This document shows positions 17,803 to 25,987 of a stretch of 51,311 nucleotides of DNA, in pieces; positions within the stretch are counted from its first letter, which is position 1; every line of letters begins with the position of its first letter. Under the pieces are notes generated by a model. That model was not told where the DNA came from. It ran no database searches and was given only the letters and a program-made list of their open reading frames with translations. The position numbers were made by a program, and so were the translations under genes. Source of the DNA: Gemmatimonadales bacterium (lineage in GTDB: Bacteria; Gemmatimonadota; Gemmatimonadetes; Gemmatimonadales; GWC2-71-9); assembly GCA_044866195.1 (NCBI GenBank), contig JBIOTT010000050.1:1-51311 (forward strand), given 5' to 3'.

Positions 17803-18684
17803 GTGACCGCCCTGCCCCAGTCCCCGCCGCGTCTGGCCAGCTGGGACCCGCGTGGGGCAGCCCCGATCGCCGTCGCGGTTCTCGCCGCAGTTGCCTTGTT
17901 CGCCTTGCCGGCCACCACGCTGGTCCGAGACTGGTGGAACGACAGCGAGGCGGGACACGGTCTCCTGCTCGCCCCTCTCGCGCTCTGGCTGGCGTGGCGC
18001 CGGGGATTGAGCCCGGTCCGCACCCCCAATGTGCCTCTCGGAACGGCGGTGCTGCTTGCCGCCATCGTCGTGCGCTACCTCGGCGGGCTCGCGGCCGAGC
18101 TGTTTACGCTTCGCTTTTCGATGGTCCTGGCGGCGGCGGGGATCACGGTCTTCGCCTGGGGCCTCCCCCAGTTGCGCCGCTGGTGGCTTCCGTTCGCGCT
18201 GCTGGCCCTTTCTATTCCGCTGCCGGCACTGGTCACCAACGCGCTCGCCCTGCCGCTGCAGTTCAAGGCCTCGAGCATGGGCGCCGCCCTGCTGGCCTGG
18301 CGGGACGTTCCGGTCAAGTTGAGCGGTAACGTGATCCAACTCCCCGGACGGCAGCTCTTCGTCACCGAGGCCTGCAGCGGCCTTCGGTCTCTGGCTGCCC
18401 TGGTGAGCCTGGGGGTGCTGGTCGGGGGTCTCTGGCTCCGCACTCCGGTGGCTCGGCTGCTGGTGCTGGCGCTGACCATCCCGGTGGCGATCCTGGTGAA
18501 CGCGATTCGCGTCTTCCTGACCGGCTTTCTGGTCTACTTCGTCGATCCGAAGCTGGGCGAGGGCTTCCTGCACCTCACCGAGGGCTGGCTGCTGTTCGTC
18601 GTGGCGTTCGCCGTCCTGGGCGGTGTCGCCTGGGCCGCCTCCCGGGTCGAGGAGCACCTCCAGGGAGAGCCCGCCGATGCGTGA
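17803..18684 (+). CDS. epsH: Exosortase (EpsH family transpeptidase)
   Basis: This is a polytopic membrane protein. The exosortase catalytic signatures are FVTEACSGLRS (Cys), VNAIRVFLTG (Arg) and FLHLTEGW (His). The start is GTG. Confidence 0.85.
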   Translation: MTALPQSPPRLASWDPRGAAPIAVAVLAAVALFALPATTLVRDWWNDSEAGHGLLLAPLALWLAWRRGLSPVRTPNVPLGTAVLLAAIVVRYLGGLAAELFTLRFSMVLAAAGITVFAWGLPQLRRWWLPFALLALSIPLPALVTNALALPLQFKASSMGAALLAWRDVPVKLSGNVIQLPGRQLFVTEACSGLRSLAALVSLGVLVGGLWLRTPVARLLVLALTIPVAILVNAIRVFLTGFLVYFVDPKLGEGFLHLTEGWLLFVVAFAVLGGVAWAASRVEEHLQGEPADA

Positions 18685-19309
18685 GTGGCAGCGCTATCTG
18701 CCGGCGTCCGTGCTGGGCGTCGGATGCCTCCTGGTCGGAACCACCACTACCCAGCAGCGGGAAATGTCCCTGTCGGCTCCGCTCGCCTCGCTGCCCCGGG
18801 TCATTGCCGGCTACCCCGGAGTGGACCGGACCCTGACGGCCGACGAGCGCCGGGTGTCCGGCGTGTCCGCCTATCTCTTCCGGGCGTTCGCCCGGGATTC
18901 GGCGGCGGACTTTACGGTGTACGTGGGCTACTACGATCAGCAGCTCCAGGGCAAGACGATCCACTCCCCCAAGAACTGCCTCCCGGGTTCGGGGTGGGAG
19001 GTCGTGAGCGCGTCGGAGGAGCGGCTGGCCACGGCGGCAGGAGCCGTGCCGGTCAATCGCTACATGCTCGTCAACGAGCACCGGCGGGCCCTGGTGTACT
19101 ACTGGTACCAGGGGCGAGGCCGGGTCGAAGGCAACGAGTACCGGGTCAAGTTCCAGCTGCTCCGCGACTCCGCCCTTCGGGGCCGCTCGGACGAGGCGCT
19201 GGTTCGGGTTGTGGTCCCGGTGGTGACGACCGATTCCGCGGCCGCCATGCTCGGCCGCCGAGTGAGCACCGAGTTGGTCCCGGAGATCTTCCGGGTTCTT
19301 CCCGGCTGA
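18677..19309 (+). CDS. epsI: EpsI-family exosortase-associated periplasmic protein
   Basis: The ATG at 18677 lies after GGGAGAG and overlaps the end of the exosortase gene by 8 nt. There is one N-terminal TM segment. EpsI-type motifs are FTVYVGYYDQQ, IHSPKNCLPGSGWE and YYWYQGRGR. Confidence 0.75.
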   Translation: MREWQRYLPASVLGVGCLLVGTTTTQQREMSLSAPLASLPRVIAGYPGVDRTLTADERRVSGVSAYLFRAFARDSAADFTVYVGYYDQQLQGKTIHSPKNCLPGSGWEVVSASEERLATAAGAVPVNRYMLVNEHRRALVYYWYQGRGRVEGNEYRVKFQLLRDSALRGRSDEALVRVVVPVVTTDSAAAMLGRRVSTELVPEIFRVLPG

Positions 19310-19351
19310 CAGCGTGACCCAAGACGCCGCCTCGCGGCAGGTGGTGGGCCC

Positions 19352-19873
19352 ATGACGACGGATCGAGTGCGTGCAGTCCTTCCGCCTCTCAGCGCGGTGG
19401 CGTTTCTGCTGATCGCCTCTCCGGCTGTCGACTTGATCGGTGCCGTTGTCCCGCCGCGTCCCGCCGAGGTCAGCTGGCGGTTCGGCGTCTTCGGCCTGTT
19501 CACCAATGCGCTGGTGACGCCCATGCTTGGGATCGCCATCATGCAGGTCGTGGCCAACCTGCTCGAGCGATGGAAGACGGTGCGCCGGATCGCCATCTTC
19601 AATCTCATCCTCGCCATCGTGCTGTTGCTCGGGCTCGGGCTCTTCGTGCTGGACTACCTCCAGCTACGCCAGGCGGTGACCGGCAGCAGCCGAAACGCCT
19701 ATGACGCCGCGGCAATCAAGGCGATTCTGGTCGGCGTGCTCGAGCTGGGCGTGCTGGCGTGGCTGGTGGTCAGCGGCTTCCAGGCCGTGAGCGGCGAGGC
19801 GGGAGGAAAGAAGCGGCGCCGGCGGGAGCGGGTGGGTCTCGTCGTTCAGGCTCCCGACGAGGATACCCACTAG
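19352..19873 (+). CDS. Hypothetical 4-TM membrane protein with a Lys/Arg-rich C-terminal tail
   Basis: Four hydrophobic segments are visible (AVAFLLIASPAV, LVTPMLGIAIMQVVANLL, IAIFNLILAIVLLLGLGLFVL, AILVGVLELGVLAWLVV). They are followed by GGKKRRRRER. It is the last gene of the exosortase operon, and no family was recognised. Confidence 0.45.
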   Translation: MTTDRVRAVLPPLSAVAFLLIASPAVDLIGAVVPPRPAEVSWRFGVFGLFTNALVTPMLGIAIMQVVANLLERWKTVRRIAIFNLILAIVLLLGLGLFVLDYLQLRQAVTGSSRNAYDAAAIKAILVGVLELGVLAWLVVSGFQAVSGEAGGKKRRRRERVGLVVQAPDEDTH

Positions 19874-21046
19874 TCAGGCCGTGTCCGGCCGCCGCGTGGG
19901 TTCCCAGATCGGGTTCCGCTCGCCCCGAAGCGCCTTGCTCCAGGCCAGCAAGGCCGCCAGGTTGACGGCCACGACAAACCCGCATAGCGCGACCGGGTAG
20001 GGCATCGGCCGACCCGCGGGCCAGCGGAGCGCCGTGCTCCCCAGGGCACCCACCATCAGCACCGCGATGAGCACCGCCAAGGCCACCGGCTCGACCATGG
20101 CCAGCAGCGCCAGCCCCACCAACGCGAGGGGCAAGGTGAGGTGCACCAGCCAGCGGCACAGCTTGTGGCTCAGCAGCATCCACGCGAACCCGCCATAGAC
20201 CATCGGATTGGCCAGCGCTCGCTTGTACCAGAGGGTCTCCAGCCCTCGGGCCATGGTCCGCACCTTTCGGTGAAACTCGGATTGCAGGGACGAGGTCCGA
20301 GGGACGTAGCAGATGGCCTCGTCGACCGAAACGGTTCGAAAGCCCGCCTCCCTCGCAATGAGCGGAGAGGCGAAGTCCCGGCTCAGGGCTTCCGGGAACA
20401 AGCCGCTCACCAGCTCCCGCCGGATGGCATAAAAGCACCCGCTTGCGCCGACGATCGATCCAATGCGGGTTTCCAGCCGCCGAATCTCCATCTCGTAGCC
20501 GACGTACCCCGACTCACCCTGATTCGTCTCCACCTCGGCTCGGCCCACGCTCACATCGCGCCCGGAGGCGACCCCGATGGTCGGGTCCTGGAACACCCGG
20601 ATCAGCGGCTTGAGCGATTCGGGCGGAATCCGGATAGTGGCGTCCGTGTTCACCACGATCTCACCCCGAAAATGGAGCGCCGCTGCATTCTCAGCCGCAG
20701 TCTTGCCCGACCGGTGCGGCAGGCGAACCAGCTCCACCCCGCGGTCGGCGAACTCACCGACGATCTGGTCGGTCCCATCGGTCGACGCGTCCGAGATCAC
20801 CAGGATCTGGCGCCGGGCGGCGGGGTAATCGAGGGCGAGCAACGCCTCGAGCGTGGCTCGAATCGATTTCTCCTCATTGTATGCCGGAAGCGAGATGGTG
20901 ATCACCGGCCATTCGGGGGGATCGCCGGGCCGCGCGGGGACTGCCTTTGCCGCGGCCAGCAGGCGCAGCACCAGCGGATAGCCGAGATAGGCATACCCGC
21001 CTAGTACAATGGGAACGGCAATCAGCAGGAGGGCGAGCAGGCTCAT
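19874..21046 (-). CDS. Membrane-anchored family-2 glycosyltransferase
   Basis: An N-terminal TM segment precedes the GT-A core: ITISLPAYNEE, VISDASTDGT and NTDATI (a DxD-like position). Three to four TM segments close the C-terminus. The start is set at ATG 21046 (MSLLALLL). Confidence 0.8.
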   Translation of the reverse strand: MSLLALLLIAVPIVLGGYAYLGYPLVLRLLAAAKAVPARPGDPPEWPVITISLPAYNEEKSIRATLEALLALDYPAARRQILVISDASTDGTDQIVGEFADRGVELVRLPHRSGKTAAENAAALHFRGEIVVNTDATIRIPPESLKPLIRVFQDPTIGVASGRDVSVGRAEVETNQGESGYVGYEMEIRRLETRIGSIVGASGCFYAIRRELVSGLFPEALSRDFASPLIAREAGFRTVSVDEAICYVPRTSSLQSEFHRKVRTMARGLETLWYKRALANPMVYGGFAWMLLSHKLCRWLVHLTLPLALVGLALLAMVEPVALAVLIAVLMVGALGSTALRWPAGRPMPYPVALCGFVVAVNLAALLAWSKALRGERNPIWEPTRRPDTA

Positions 21047-21071
21047 GCTGCGGAGTCGCGCCGAAGCGCCA

Positions 21072-22991
21072 TCAGGGAGACGCCGGGGTTGGTGCGGCGG
21101 CGACGTCGGGCCGCAGCACGAAGAGTCGCACCGGAAAGCGGCCGCCGGTGACCTCGCCGAGCGACCGGTAGCGTTCCTCCAGCAGGCGTGCGCGCGCGAC
21201 CGAGTCGGCAAGGAGAGTGCGTTCGGTGTAGCCGTCGAGCACGATGAGCCGGGGCGGCCGTTCCAGGAGTCCCCGTCCGATCACCTGTCGGTCCTCGACC
21301 TCCATGCCGCCGAGAAAGCCGAGCGGATGACTGATGTTGAGGAACGGGCGCCGATCCGCTTGGAACGCCCAGATCACCGCGCCGGACAGCACCTCGTCCC
21401 TGGGCCGGCTGGCACGGCTCACCTCGCGGGAGACCCGGGCAAGCACCGCAGGCGGCCATACACAGTTATAGGCGAGCCCGATCTTCCGCCCGGCGTAGTC
21501 GTACGCGATGAGGGCGGAGCCGCCGAGCAGCAGGAGCACGGCAAACGCGATGCGCTCCAGGCGGCCCGGGCGAAGACGCGCCACTGCAGTCAGTACGACA
21601 CCGAGCACCACCAGCAGCCCCAACCCACGGACCGCGCGACTCGCCCCTGCCGGCAGCACGGCGCCCAGCGCGATCGCGGCCGCCGCCGCGCTGGCGGCAG
21701 CGGCCACCCACCACTGCCGAAAACTGGCCTGGCCCAGACCCGCGACCGCGAGGCCCACGGCAATCACCGCGACATAGACCAGCGCAGGCACCGTCGCGCC
21801 GGCTCCCGCCCCGAAGGCACCCGCTAACGCCACCACGAACAGCGCCAGCGCCGCCCCCCAGGTTCGGGGCGGCAGCCATTGCTCAGCCGCCGAGCTTGCG
21901 ACCGCGCCGAAGAGAATCGCGAGCGGCGGGAGGAACTCCGTAAAGTATTGCGGGTAGAAACCGAAGACGGCGATCCAGTAGCCATAGGCCAGCCCGAGGG
22001 AGCCCAACCAGGCGGCCAGGACGAGGAGGGCGACCGCGTCGGTGCGTTTCGGCCGCCCCAGCATTCGGCCGGCAAGCGCGACGGCCGGCGCGAGAAAGAG
22101 GAAGCAGCCGAGCCAGCCGGCATCTCGCAGGTTTCGCAGAGTGGATTGCCACGGTTGCTGCGGATCGCGCAAGGACGCCGCCTCAGTGCCGCCCAAGCCC
22201 GCCCCGACGAGCTTGCCCACTGCCTGGAGCGGCAGGTGCAGCGGATTGAGCGGCGATTCCCAGAGCTGCGTGAAGCTGAGATGGACGGCAAACAGAGCCA
22301 TGGTCGCCAGCGCGACCGCGAGAAATCCCCCGAACAGCCCGCCCAACTGCGCGGCGAGCCGCCGAGACGTACCGCGTCCCAGCACGGCTACTACGATGGC
22401 CGCCGCCATCAGGTGTACCAGGCCGGTTTCGCGAACGTAGAAGGTGATGCCGAACATCACCCCGGCGAGCGCGAACCAGCGCGGCGACCGATCCGTGCGG
22501 AGCGCGCGCGCCAGGGCGAGGTAGCCCAGGCAGGTGAACAGCAGCGTGACCGCCTGCAGGTGCACGTTGAGCGACCAGATGAGCGCAATGGGCAGAAAGG
22601 CGTAGGTGGCCGTGGCGACGAGGGCCGCGCGGGTGCCGACCAGGTATCGTCCCAGGGCAAAGACCAGCCCCGTTATCGCGACGCCCAGCAGCATGGGAAG
22701 CACCCGGGCGGCAAGCAGCTGGGTGCCGACCAGTCGCTGCCAGGCCGCGAGGAGGTACACGTACAGCACCTGGCGTGCGTCGAAATCGACGATGGGAACC
22801 AGCCCGTCGAGCACCAGCTTGCCGTCCATCAGGTGGGCGCCCTCGTCCGGGTTCACCCAGCGATGAGGCAGCAGAGCGATCCGAATGGCCAGACTTATCG
22901 CCAGGATGAGCGCGACCCAGGGCCAGACCGGTCTCGCGGGGGGCGTGGGGTCGTAGGGCGACCCTCGCCCGGCTGGAAGAGCAGTGTTCAA
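21072..22991 (-). CDS. GT-C fold glycosyltransferase (ArnT/PMT_2-like, polyprenyl-phosphate-sugar dependent)
   Basis: It has about 12 or more hydrophobic segments over the first ~480 aa. The first periplasmic loop carries the acidic motif NPDEGAHL after TM1. A soluble C-terminal ~120 aa follows. The start (TTG 22991) is uncertain. Confidence 0.7.
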   Translation of the reverse strand: MNTALPAGRGSPYDPTPPARPVWPWVALILAISLAIRIALLPHRWVNPDEGAHLMDGKLVLDGLVPIVDFDARQVLYVYLLAAWQRLVGTQLLAARVLPMLLGVAITGLVFALGRYLVGTRAALVATATYAFLPIALIWSLNVHLQAVTLLFTCLGYLALARALRTDRSPRWFALAGVMFGITFYVRETGLVHLMAAAIVVAVLGRGTSRRLAAQLGGLFGGFLAVALATMALFAVHLSFTQLWESPLNPLHLPLQAVGKLVGAGLGGTEAASLRDPQQPWQSTLRNLRDAGWLGCFLFLAPAVALAGRMLGRPKRTDAVALLVLAAWLGSLGLAYGYWIAVFGFYPQYFTEFLPPLAILFGAVASSAAEQWLPPRTWGAALALFVVALAGAFGAGAGATVPALVYVAVIAVGLAVAGLGQASFRQWWVAAAASAAAAAIALGAVLPAGASRAVRGLGLLVVLGVVLTAVARLRPGRLERIAFAVLLLLGGSALIAYDYAGRKIGLAYNCVWPPAVLARVSREVSRASRPRDEVLSGAVIWAFQADRRPFLNISHPLGFLGGMEVEDRQVIGRGLLERPPRLIVLDGYTERTLLADSVARARLLEERYRSLGEVTGGRFPVRLFVLRPDVAAAPTPASP

Positions 22992-23024
22992 GCTGGGGCC
23001 CGGAAAAGGTCCTGGGGTGCAACG

Positions 23025-23039
23025 GCAACGCCCATGCCG
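23025..23039 (-). promoter_or_regulatory. Candidate sigma-54 -24/-12 promoter for the GT-C/GT2 operon
   Basis: The minus strand reads cGGCAtGggcgTTGC with exact spacing. The -12 element lies 34 nt upstream of the TTG at 22991. Confidence 0.4.
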
Positions 23040-23155
23040 CCGAGAGAGCAGCAGAATCGATCCCGACCGTGGCCTGGGCGCAACACGAGGTCCCGGAATG
23101 TGGGGCCAAAGTGCGCTGGCTGGCAGGGGGGGCCCCAGTTAAGATCCTCCCATCA

Positions 23156-23171
23156 GGGCACGCCTGTTGCT
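23156..23171 (+). promoter_or_regulatory. Candidate sigma-54 -24/-12 promoter for the arnC-like/wzm/wzt operon
   Basis: The site reads gGGCACGcctgTTGCt, the best consensus match in the window. It lies only 15 nt upstream of the GTG at 23186 that I chose as the start. Either the mRNA is nearly leaderless or the start call is wrong. Confidence 0.4.
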
Positions 23172-23185
23172 TCGGGTCTGGAGCC

Positions 23186-24133
23186 GTGACCAGCGAACCC
23201 CATCTGAGCGTCGTGGTACCGCTTTACAACGAGGAAGACAGCGTCGGCCCCCTGGTCGATGCTGTACGCTCGGCACTGGAATCGGCCCCACCCTGGGAGC
23301 TCGTTCTGGTGGACGACGGCAGCCGGGATGGCACCGTGGACCGGGTGGCTGCCCTGGCGCAGGCGGACCCGCGGGTCCGCCTCGTCCGGCTAGCTCGGAA
23401 CTACGGCCAGACCCAGGCGATGCAGGCCGGGTTCGATGCGGCCCGGGGCGATGCCGTCGTGAGCATGGACGGGGACCTGCAGAACGATCCGCGGGACATT
23501 CCCCGTCTGCTCGAGGCCCTGGAAGCCGGCAACGACCTGGTCGCCGGCTACCGGTTGAACCGGCAGGACAAGCTGCTGACCCGCAAGGTCCCGTCGTGGG
23601 TGGCGAACCGGCTGATCCGGCTCATCACCGGCGTCAGTATTCGCGATAACGGGTGTTCCCTCAAGGCCTATCGTCGGTGGACCCTGGACCGGATGAGCCT
23701 CTACTCGGACATGCATCGTTTCCTGCCGGCGCTTGCAGCGGCCACGGCCGGCGCTCGCATCGCTGAGATTCCGGTGCGGCATCACCCCCGCCGATTCGGG
23801 GCGAGCAAGTACGGGCTGTCCCGGATTCTCAAGATCCTGGCTGACCTGCTGACGCTCACGATGATCTCGTGGTTTCGGGAGCGGCCTCTGCTGCTCTTCG
23901 GAGTGGGAGCGCTGGGCTCGTTGCTGGTCGCCCTGGCCTTTGGGGTCGGGAGCGCCCTGGCGCTCGCGGGTCACAGCGTGACCGACGCGTTCGTGCTGCC
24001 GGCCGCCGCATTGCTGTGGTTCATGCTGGCCTGCTATCTGATCATGCTCGGCCTGGTCTCGCAAGCCTTTCTCCACCGGAGCCGCAATGCCGGCGAGAGC
24101 CTCCCGCCGATTGCGGTGGAGCGCGGTTCATGA
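23186..24133 (+). CDS. Polyprenyl-phosphate glycosyltransferase (GT2, ArnC/GtrB/DPM1-like)
   Basis: GT-A motifs are LSVVVPLYNEE, LVLVDDGSRDGT, NYGQTQA and MDGDLQNDP. Also present are RDNGCSLKAYRR and two C-terminal TM helices. The start is uncertain (GTG 23186, or GTG 23069 further upstream). Confidence 0.85.
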   Translation: MTSEPHLSVVVPLYNEEDSVGPLVDAVRSALESAPPWELVLVDDGSRDGTVDRVAALAQADPRVRLVRLARNYGQTQAMQAGFDAARGDAVVSMDGDLQNDPRDIPRLLEALEAGNDLVAGYRLNRQDKLLTRKVPSWVANRLIRLITGVSIRDNGCSLKAYRRWTLDRMSLYSDMHRFLPALAAATAGARIAEIPVRHHPRRFGASKYGLSRILKILADLLTLTMISWFRERPLLLFGVGALGSLLVALAFGVGSALALAGHSVTDAFVLPAAALLWFMLACYLIMLGLVSQAFLHRSRNAGESLPPIAVERGS

Positions 24134-25095
24134 CGCCGGCCCGGCCCGACGTTTCCGTCGTGGTGCCGGTGATCGAGCGTCCGGGATCGCTGATCGACCT
24201 GTATCGCGAGATCAGGCCTCCGCTCGAGGGGGCGGGGATCTCGTTCGAGCTAATCTTCGCCTCCTATCCCTGGTTTCGAAGCCTGACCGATCCCCTGGCG
24301 GCGCTGGTCGCGGCGGGCGAGCCGATCCGGGTGCTCGAGATCGGGCAGGCGCTGGGCGAGACCGCGCTGCTCAAGGCGGCAGCCAGCGCGGCCGCGGCCC
24401 CCATCGTGCTCACCGTTCCGGCATACCCGCAGGTCGACCCATCCGCGCTGCCGGCCCTGGTCGATCGGGTTCGCCGAGGGGCCGACCTGGCAGTGGCCTG
24501 CCGCACGCCAAGGCGTGACTCCCTGATCAATCGGATCCAGAGCCGGATCCTCCACGCGTTCGTGGGACACCTGGGCGGCGGCAAGTTGCGCGACGTTGCC
24601 TGCGGGGTTCGGGCAATGCGGTGGTCGGCCATGGCCGAGGTGCCGTTGTACGGAGACTTCTCGCGATTTCTCCCGCTCATCGCGCTGCGCGAGGGGTGCC
24701 AGGTCGAGGAGGTCCCTGCATCGGTCCACCCCCGCGCCATGAAGCCGCGGGTCTACAGCCCCGGGGTCTATCTCCGCCGGTTGGTCGACGTGCTGGGCCT
24801 CATTTTCCTGCTCCAGTTCACCGACAAGCCGCTGAGGTTCTTCGGCCTGGTGGGCACGGTGGCGGCAGGCCTCGGCGCCGGGTTCCTCGCCATCGTGTTC
24901 CTCCAGCGGGTGGCGGGCGGCAGCATCGCCGACCGGCCGCTCCTCCTTCTTGGCGTTCTTCTCGTGACCCTCGGCATTCAAGCCATCGCCCTCGGGCTCG
25001 TCGGCGAGATCATCGTGCACTATTCGGTCGGCCGCCAACGCCGCTACCGGATCCGCGAGCAGGATGCCGCCCGGACCCGACCGGATGCAGCCTGA
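24130..25095 (+). CDS. ArnC/GtrB-like GT2 paralogue with degenerate catalytic motifs (probable pseudo-enzyme)
   Basis: The ATG overlaps the upstream stop (ATGA). It is colinear with the preceding gene, sharing VSVVVP, RDVACGVRAMRW, SRFLP and two C-terminal TM helices. The catalytic positions differ: YNEE is IERP, VDDGS is FASYP, and DGDLQNDP is VPAYPQVDP. Confidence 0.65.
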   Translation: MTPARPDVSVVVPVIERPGSLIDLYREIRPPLEGAGISFELIFASYPWFRSLTDPLAALVAAGEPIRVLEIGQALGETALLKAAASAAAAPIVLTVPAYPQVDPSALPALVDRVRRGADLAVACRTPRRDSLINRIQSRILHAFVGHLGGGKLRDVACGVRAMRWSAMAEVPLYGDFSRFLPLIALREGCQVEEVPASVHPRAMKPRVYSPGVYLRRLVDVLGLIFLLQFTDKPLRFFGLVGTVAAGLGAGFLAIVFLQRVAGGSIADRPLLLLGVLLVTLGIQAIALGLVGEIIVHYSVGRQRRYRIREQDAARTRPDAA

Positions 25096-25984
25096 CCTGC
25101 TCGCGACCCCCCAGCCAGCCCGGCGCACCGGGATGTTGAGCGAACTTCGGGAGATCGGCAACGACCTCTGGGAGTACCGCGACCTCCTCCTCCAGCTCAC
25201 CCGGCGGGACCTCAAGGTGCGCTACAAGCAGGCGGTAATGGGATTCGCCTGGGCCATCTTCATGCCGCTGCTGATCGTGCTCGCCGGGTGCATGATCCGG
25301 TTCATCATGGCGGAAGTCGCCGGCCGGTCGATCGACCGCACGGCCATCGCGGGCCTTGCTATCAAGAGCCTCGGCTGGTCGTTCTTCGTCGGCACCATCG
25401 GCTTCGCTGTGCAGAGCCTCACCGGGAACATGAACCTGGTGGCGAAGGTGTACTTCCCGCGGGAAGTCCTGCCGCTGGCCACGACCCTGGCCCACTGCGT
25501 CGATACGACGCTGGGCGCCGTCGTCGTCGGGCTGATGCTCCTCTTTCTCGGGGTTACGGCGAGCCCTGCCCTGCTCTGGGCCCCGGTGCTGGCGCTGCTG
25601 CTGTGCCTCCTCACTGCGGGGGCGGCGCTGCTACTGAGCTGCGCGAACCTCTTTTTCCGGGACGTGAAGTACATCGTCCAGGTACTGCTCACGTTCGGCA
25701 TCTTCTTCACGCCGGTCCTGTTCGAGCCCGCGATGCTGGGGCCCAAGTGGTCGATGGTGGCGATGCTCAATCCCCTCGCGCCGCTGCTCGAGGGCCTGCG
25801 GCTCAGCGTGGTCGGAGGACACAACCTGCTCGACCCGCTGATCGAGATCAATCGTCACGGCCAGGCGGTCCTCGCGTGGAGCCCCTGGATGCTGGCCTAC
25901 AGCGCGGCCTGGGCCGGGCTCGGCACGCTGGGAAGCGCGCTGCTCTTTCACCGGCTCGAATTCGTCTTCGCCGAGTACGTCTGA
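25085..25984 (+). CDS. wzm: ABC-2 type polysaccharide export permease (Wzm)
   Basis: The ABC-2 signature LTRRDLKVRYKQAVMGFAWAIFMPLL is followed by six hydrophobic segments. The start is uncertain (ATG 25085 or ATG 25133). Confidence 0.8.
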   Translation: MQPDLLATPQPARRTGMLSELREIGNDLWEYRDLLLQLTRRDLKVRYKQAVMGFAWAIFMPLLIVLAGCMIRFIMAEVAGRSIDRTAIAGLAIKSLGWSFFVGTIGFAVQSLTGNMNLVAKVYFPREVLPLATTLAHCVDTTLGAVVVGLMLLFLGVTASPALLWAPVLALLLCLLTAGAALLLSCANLFFRDVKYIVQVLLTFGIFFTPVLFEPAMLGPKWSMVAMLNPLAPLLEGLRLSVVGGHNLLDPLIEINRHGQAVLAWSPWMLAYSAAWAGLGTLGSALLFHRLEFVFAEYV

Positions 25985-25987
25985 CCG

